Part shown: positions 60,537 to 64,000 of the stretch, piece by piece | Position numbering within the stretch: the stretch's first letter is position 1 | Layout: every line of letters starts with the position of its first letter | NCBI GenBank assembly: GCA_964394855.1 | Contig: CAYMZD010000003.1 | Location: 94,041 to 158,040, forward strand | Reading direction: 5' to 3' | Origin: an uncultured Gammaproteobacteria bacterium | Lineage (GTDB): Bacteria; Patescibacteriota; Microgenomatia; Daviesbacterales; UBA10151 | DNA: 64,000 bases | Notes under the pieces: model-generated | The model's input: only the letters and a program-made list of their open reading frames with translations | Told to the model about the DNA's origin: nothing | The model's database searches: none | Position numbers and translations under genes: made by a program

Positions 60537-61599
60537 TTTTTTTTATCTGGCGACAAAATTCTTCCTTACTAAAAATTTTACTCCTATTGATGGCATTTTG
60601 CGAAAGTCTGTGGAATAATTTTTCATTTTGTACTAATTCCATTGTATATTTCTTGAGTTCGTCTACCCTCTTCCACAAAAAACCTGATTTTCCGTCTTCT
60701 ACTATCTCTTTTTGTCCACCAGATGCTATCACCACCGGAACAGCTCCTGCTGCCATGGCTTCAACAGTAGTAATTCCAAAATGTTCTTGTTTTGTAGGAT
60801 TCTTTTCTCCAAAGCCAGCTGCGTGCCAATAAATACTAGCCTGACCATAAAAAGTCTTTAAGTTATTAAATGAAATGTTAGGATGGAAAAAAACAGGTAC
60901 AGAGCCTACCATATCTTGTAAATTTTTAAGGTATACTTGATCACCTGATCTAGCTGCACCTGCTAAATGTAAGCTCCACCCCAACATCCTTTGTGAATAA
61001 TATAGTGAGTGGAAGGCTTTGATCATCTCTTCGTGTTTTTTTGATTTTAGATATCCAAAAAATCTCCCAACCGACAAAATTATCTTCTTTTTTTTCAGTG
61101 GCTTAAATGATTCTACATCAACAGGTGGATAAATTATTGTCCCCTTAATATCCCAGGTTTTCTCCACTATTTGTTTGGTAAACTGGGAATTGTAAATTGC
61201 CATTTTCCAACTTTTTAATTTTCTTTTCCCCCAAATCCCCTGGGCTGCAATATTTTTAAATGGAACTTGAAAATGTAGAATGCTATTTTTGGCAGTAGAT
61301 AAAAAAATACTGCCGTCAGTTAAATAAAAAAGGTAATCGTATTGACGAAAAAAAATTAGCCTTTCCCAAATTTTACTACCCTTTCCCAGTGGCGCCTTGA
61401 TAAGGTATACCCTGGATAAATCAATATTAAGATGAGTTGCTAAATCCTTTTTTAATTTCTCACTACCTTGAGACCAAAGATGTTGATCAAATAAAAGATC
61501 AACCCGATGGGTTGTTGCTAAGCATTCTGCAATACTCAAGATATAGCGCTCTCCCCCACCAAATGTATCAAGATATGGAGAATAAATTGCTACTCTCAT
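60520..61599 (-). CDS. GT4 family glycosyltransferase
   Basis: 'MRVAIYSPYLDTFGGGERYIL', 'EHFGITTVEAMAAGAVPVV'. Confidence 0.75.
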   Translation of the reverse strand: MRVAIYSPYLDTFGGGERYILSIAECLATTHRVDLLFDQHLWSQGSEKLKKDLATHLNIDLSRVYLIKAPLGKGSKIWERLIFFRQYDYLFYLTDGSIFLSTAKNSILHFQVPFKNIAAQGIWGKRKLKSWKMAIYNSQFTKQIVEKTWDIKGTIIYPPVDVESFKPLKKKKIILSVGRFFGYLKSKKHEEMIKAFHSLYYSQRMLGWSLHLAGAARSGDQVYLKNLQDMVGSVPVFFHPNISFNNLKTFYGQASIYWHAAGFGEKNPTKQEHFGITTVEAMAAGAVPVVIASGGQKEIVEDGKSGFLWKRVDELKKYTMELVQNEKLFHRLSQNAINRSKIFSKEEFCRQIKKIVYEN

Positions 61600-62402
61600 A
61601 ATTTAAAATCATTTTTTGTTAATTTTTCATCAATCTCTTCATAAATTTCATCCATAGATTTAGGTTGCTGCATTTGCCAAAGTCGAACGTATGTTATAAA
61701 TAGACTAAAAGTCTGCAAGATAGAATCCATTACCCCCACACTACCATTGAAAAATCCTTTTCGTTTTACTCCTTGATTAAAAAGTTCTGAAAAAAGAATT
61801 CTTAGAAATCTCCAAGCGGACATTTGGGGATGTTTTGTCTCGAATCTTAAACTGGCATCAATTTTAGACCACGCCAAACTCTTTAAGACAATTTGATCAA
61901 TATCTCTATGGGTTAGGTGGAGAAGTGAATTTTCAGTGTATCCAAGCTGACCAGCAAATTGGGGATATTCATGCACTTTGCCCACCCATCCTCTAAAATC
62001 TTTTCTTCGTAATAACCTTATGACCCAATCATGTTTGTATGGACCATAGCTTACTTCCTTTCCCAGAATAATGTTACGTCTGGAAATAGCGTACGCCGCA
62101 TTTTTATCATTTGAAATTAACGATAAGATTTCTTCTTTTAATGGCTGCAGCACTCTTTCGTCAGCATCCACATATAAAACCCAATCCCCACTTGCTTTCT
62201 CTGCTGCTAAATTTCTTAAAATAGCAAAATCCTGGCCTTTAAACTCAATAATTTTGTCCGTGTATTTTTTAGCTATATCTAAAGTTTTATCTGTTGATCC
62301 ATTATCTACCACTATAATTTCATCCGCCAGCGCTCGGACAGATTCCAAACAAGTTTTAATCCTCATAACTTCGTTTTTTGCAATTACAATAGCTGTTATC
62401 AT
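61596..62402 (-). CDS. GT2 family glycosyltransferase
   Basis: 'ITAIVIAKNEVMRI...EIIVVDNGSTDKT', 'YVDADERV'. Confidence 0.75.
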   Translation of the reverse strand: MITAIVIAKNEVMRIKTCLESVRALADEIIVVDNGSTDKTLDIAKKYTDKIIEFKGQDFAILRNLAAEKASGDWVLYVDADERVLQPLKEEILSLISNDKNAAYAISRRNIILGKEVSYGPYKHDWVIRLLRRKDFRGWVGKVHEYPQFAGQLGYTENSLLHLTHRDIDQIVLKSLAWSKIDASLRFETKHPQMSAWRFLRILFSELFNQGVKRKGFFNGSVGVMDSILQTFSLFITYVRLWQMQQPKSMDEIYEEIDEKLTKNDFKL

Positions 62403-63244
62403 ATACTCCCCTTCCCAAATTTTCCTATCAGAAAATCAAATAAGGCTAGTCTTCTTTTAGGGTTACTTATATTTTTTACTACTTCCCTAAGTAATGCAAA
62501 TTTTGTTCTGAAAGACAGATGTTTAAAAGCAAAAAGTAGTCTGCTCCTGGTTATGTAATAATCTTGCAGGGGCGAACCTAAACCGGTTGAGCTGGCATTT
62601 TTGTGAAAAACTTTTCCCTTTGGTGAATAAAGGATTTTCAATCCGGCTTTTTTTGCTCTAAAGCAAAAATCAGCATCCTCGTAATATAAGAAAAATCTCT
62701 CGTCAAAAAAACCAATCTTTTTAAAAACAACCTTATCAATTAAAATAGCTGCTCCACTGACAAAATCCGTTTGTTCAGTTTTTTCGTATTGACCATGATC
62801 TTTCTCATCTACTCCCCTGTGACTCCCGGAAACATTATCTTTATCAAAAATTCCTCCGGCATACCATATGGTTTTTTTATCGGCAAAATATATCTTGGGA
62901 CCAACTATTCCAGCATTTTCTCTTGTGGCAACTTCTATTAAATTCAAAACGCAATCTTTATCTAGACTAGCATCTGGATTTAAAATAAAAACATAGTCCA
63001 TGCCTTCCTTCAAAGCAATTTTGATACCAACATTATTTCCACCGCTATAACCTAAATTTTCTTTATTTTCTATAAAAGTTACCTCGGGAAACTTTTTAAT
63101 TTCACTGGATAGCCCATCTTCAGAATGATTATCAATAACGATAATATGTAAATCCTGATAATTTGAACTTCTGACCGATTCAAGGCATTCCAAAGTTTCT
63201 TTTTTTAATTTATAATTTAAAATTACAATGGCTACTTTTTTCAT
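62399..63244 (-). CDS. GT2 family glycosyltransferase
   Basis: 'VAIVILNYKLKKET...HIIVIDNHSEDG', 'LGYSGGNNVG', 'FILNPDASL'. Confidence 0.75.
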   Translation of the reverse strand: MKKVAIVILNYKLKKETLECLESVRSSNYQDLHIIVIDNHSEDGLSSEIKKFPEVTFIENKENLGYSGGNNVGIKIALKEGMDYVFILNPDASLDKDCVLNLIEVATRENAGIVGPKIYFADKKTIWYAGGIFDKDNVSGSHRGVDEKDHGQYEKTEQTDFVSGAAILIDKVVFKKIGFFDERFFLYYEDADFCFRAKKAGLKILYSPKGKVFHKNASSTGLGSPLQDYYITRSRLLFAFKHLSFRTKFALLREVVKNISNPKRRLALFDFLIGKFGKGSI

Positions 63245-63876
63245 TTTTCAAACATAACTAATTTCAACATTCCCAAATTAAAAGTTTTGGTCAATTTTAT
63301 CTTTAAATCAAAATCTTTAAGAAAATTTTCCAATTTTCTGCCATCGAAACTTTGAACATGTGCATGACTCCATATCGGATAATAGAGTGTCCATAAAAAC
63401 CATACTGTCTTAAAAAGCTTACTTTCACTGGGAACTAAAATTATACCCCAACCTCCTTTTTTTAATATTCTTTTTATTTCAGAGATTACTTTAAGTGGAT
63501 TATCTACATGTTCTAAAACTTCAAGACAAAAAATTGCATCAAAAAAATTATTTTTAAATGGGAGGTTAGCTGCATCTGCAATTTGAAAATTTCCATAAGG
63601 AATTCTTTTTTGGGCCAGTTTTAAAGCCGATGGGGAGATGTCAATTCCGTAAATTTTTCTGGTTTGAAGTTTATTCAAAAGTTGCTCTGTAAATGTACCT
63701 GCATGACAACCGATATCCAAGACAGTTCCATTGATCGGTTGAATAATTTTTAAAACTTCACTAAATCTGCGCCGATGCCAAAATTTTTGAAATAAATTTC
63801 TTTTTATTCCTTTATCATAATGGTCTGCTGGCACATTTTCATGAATTTCCACTAAATTTTTGTGCGAATCTGTCAT
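63241..63876 (-). CDS. Class I SAM-dependent methyltransferase
   Basis: 'VLDIGCHAGTFTEQL...IYGIDISPSAL', 'LKKGGWGIILVP'. Confidence 0.7.
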   Translation of the reverse strand: MTDSHKNLVEIHENVPADHYDKGIKRNLFQKFWHRRRFSEVLKIIQPINGTVLDIGCHAGTFTEQLLNKLQTRKIYGIDISPSALKLAQKRIPYGNFQIADAANLPFKNNFFDAIFCLEVLEHVDNPLKVISEIKRILKKGGWGIILVPSESKLFKTVWFLWTLYYPIWSHAHVQSFDGRKLENFLKDFDLKIKLTKTFNLGMLKLVMFEK

Positions 63877-64000
63877 ACAAAAGAAGTATTATCAAAATAC
63901 CTCCCGCAATTAAGGTTACCACCTTTCCTGCCTGAAAGCTACTTGGTTGATATTTTATAACCACTTCATGATTACCTTTCTCCACAGGAGTGGCCATGAA
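63839..64000 (-). CDS. Partial CDS (C-terminal 53 aa) of an upstream membrane protein, probably a third paralog of the 50280..51968 family
   Basis: Manual translation of the minus strand from the window edge gives '...MATPVEKGNHEVVIKYQPSSFQAGKVVTLIAGGILIILLLYDRFAQKFSGNS', stop at 63839..63841. The tail pattern (x-KG-x4-[IV]KxKxxx-T-x-x-x-GN/GK-x-[IVL]S/T then a hydrophobic run) matches the C-termini of 50280..51968 and 51983..54397. It overlaps the start of the methyltransferase gene. Confidence 0.35.
   Translation of the reverse strand, partial: FMATPVEKGNHEVVIKYQPSSFQAGKVVTLIAGGILIILLLYDRFAQKFSGNS

Overview
This 64-kb window is AT-rich (roughly 30% GC by eye) and almost entirely coding, with mostly overlapping or abutting genes and no rRNA, tRNA, CRISPR array, transposase or integrase that I could see. 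It is one very large glycan/glycoconjugate biosynthesis locus. I count about 13 GT2 glycosyltransferases and 5 GT4 glycosyltransferases plus one GT4-methyltransferase fusion. There are about 16 multi-pass membrane proteins that look like GT-C fold, lipid-linked-donor glycosyltransferases with a DE/DD/HD first-loop motif; these include five tandem PMT_2/GT39-like paralogs and two paralogs with C-terminal discoidin domains. Also present are GtrA-like and GtrB-like components, a Wzx-like flippase, GDP-fucose synthase, a CDP-paratose-2-epimerase-like SDR, a sugar-phosphate isomerase, six SAM methyltransferases, a hexapeptide acetyltransferase and two NodU/CmcH-type carbamoyltransferases. From 35.9 kb to the right edge about 25 genes run co-directionally on the minus strand with essentially no intergenic DNA. 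Notable items are near-exact DNA repeats among the tandem GT-C paralogs, a duplicated 29-nt 5' end of a carbamoyltransferase gene, GT2-GT-C and GT4-MTase fusions, three G/C homopolymer tracts of 7 or 8 nt inside enzyme genes, three GC-richer genes, and two plus-strand genes whose promoters leave a near-leaderless distance to the ATG. The organism is probably a small-genome, low-GC bacterium of CPR/Microgenomates type; that is inference from composition, gene packing and the PMT_2 expansion. Functional calls come from motif recognition by eye and were not checked against any database.
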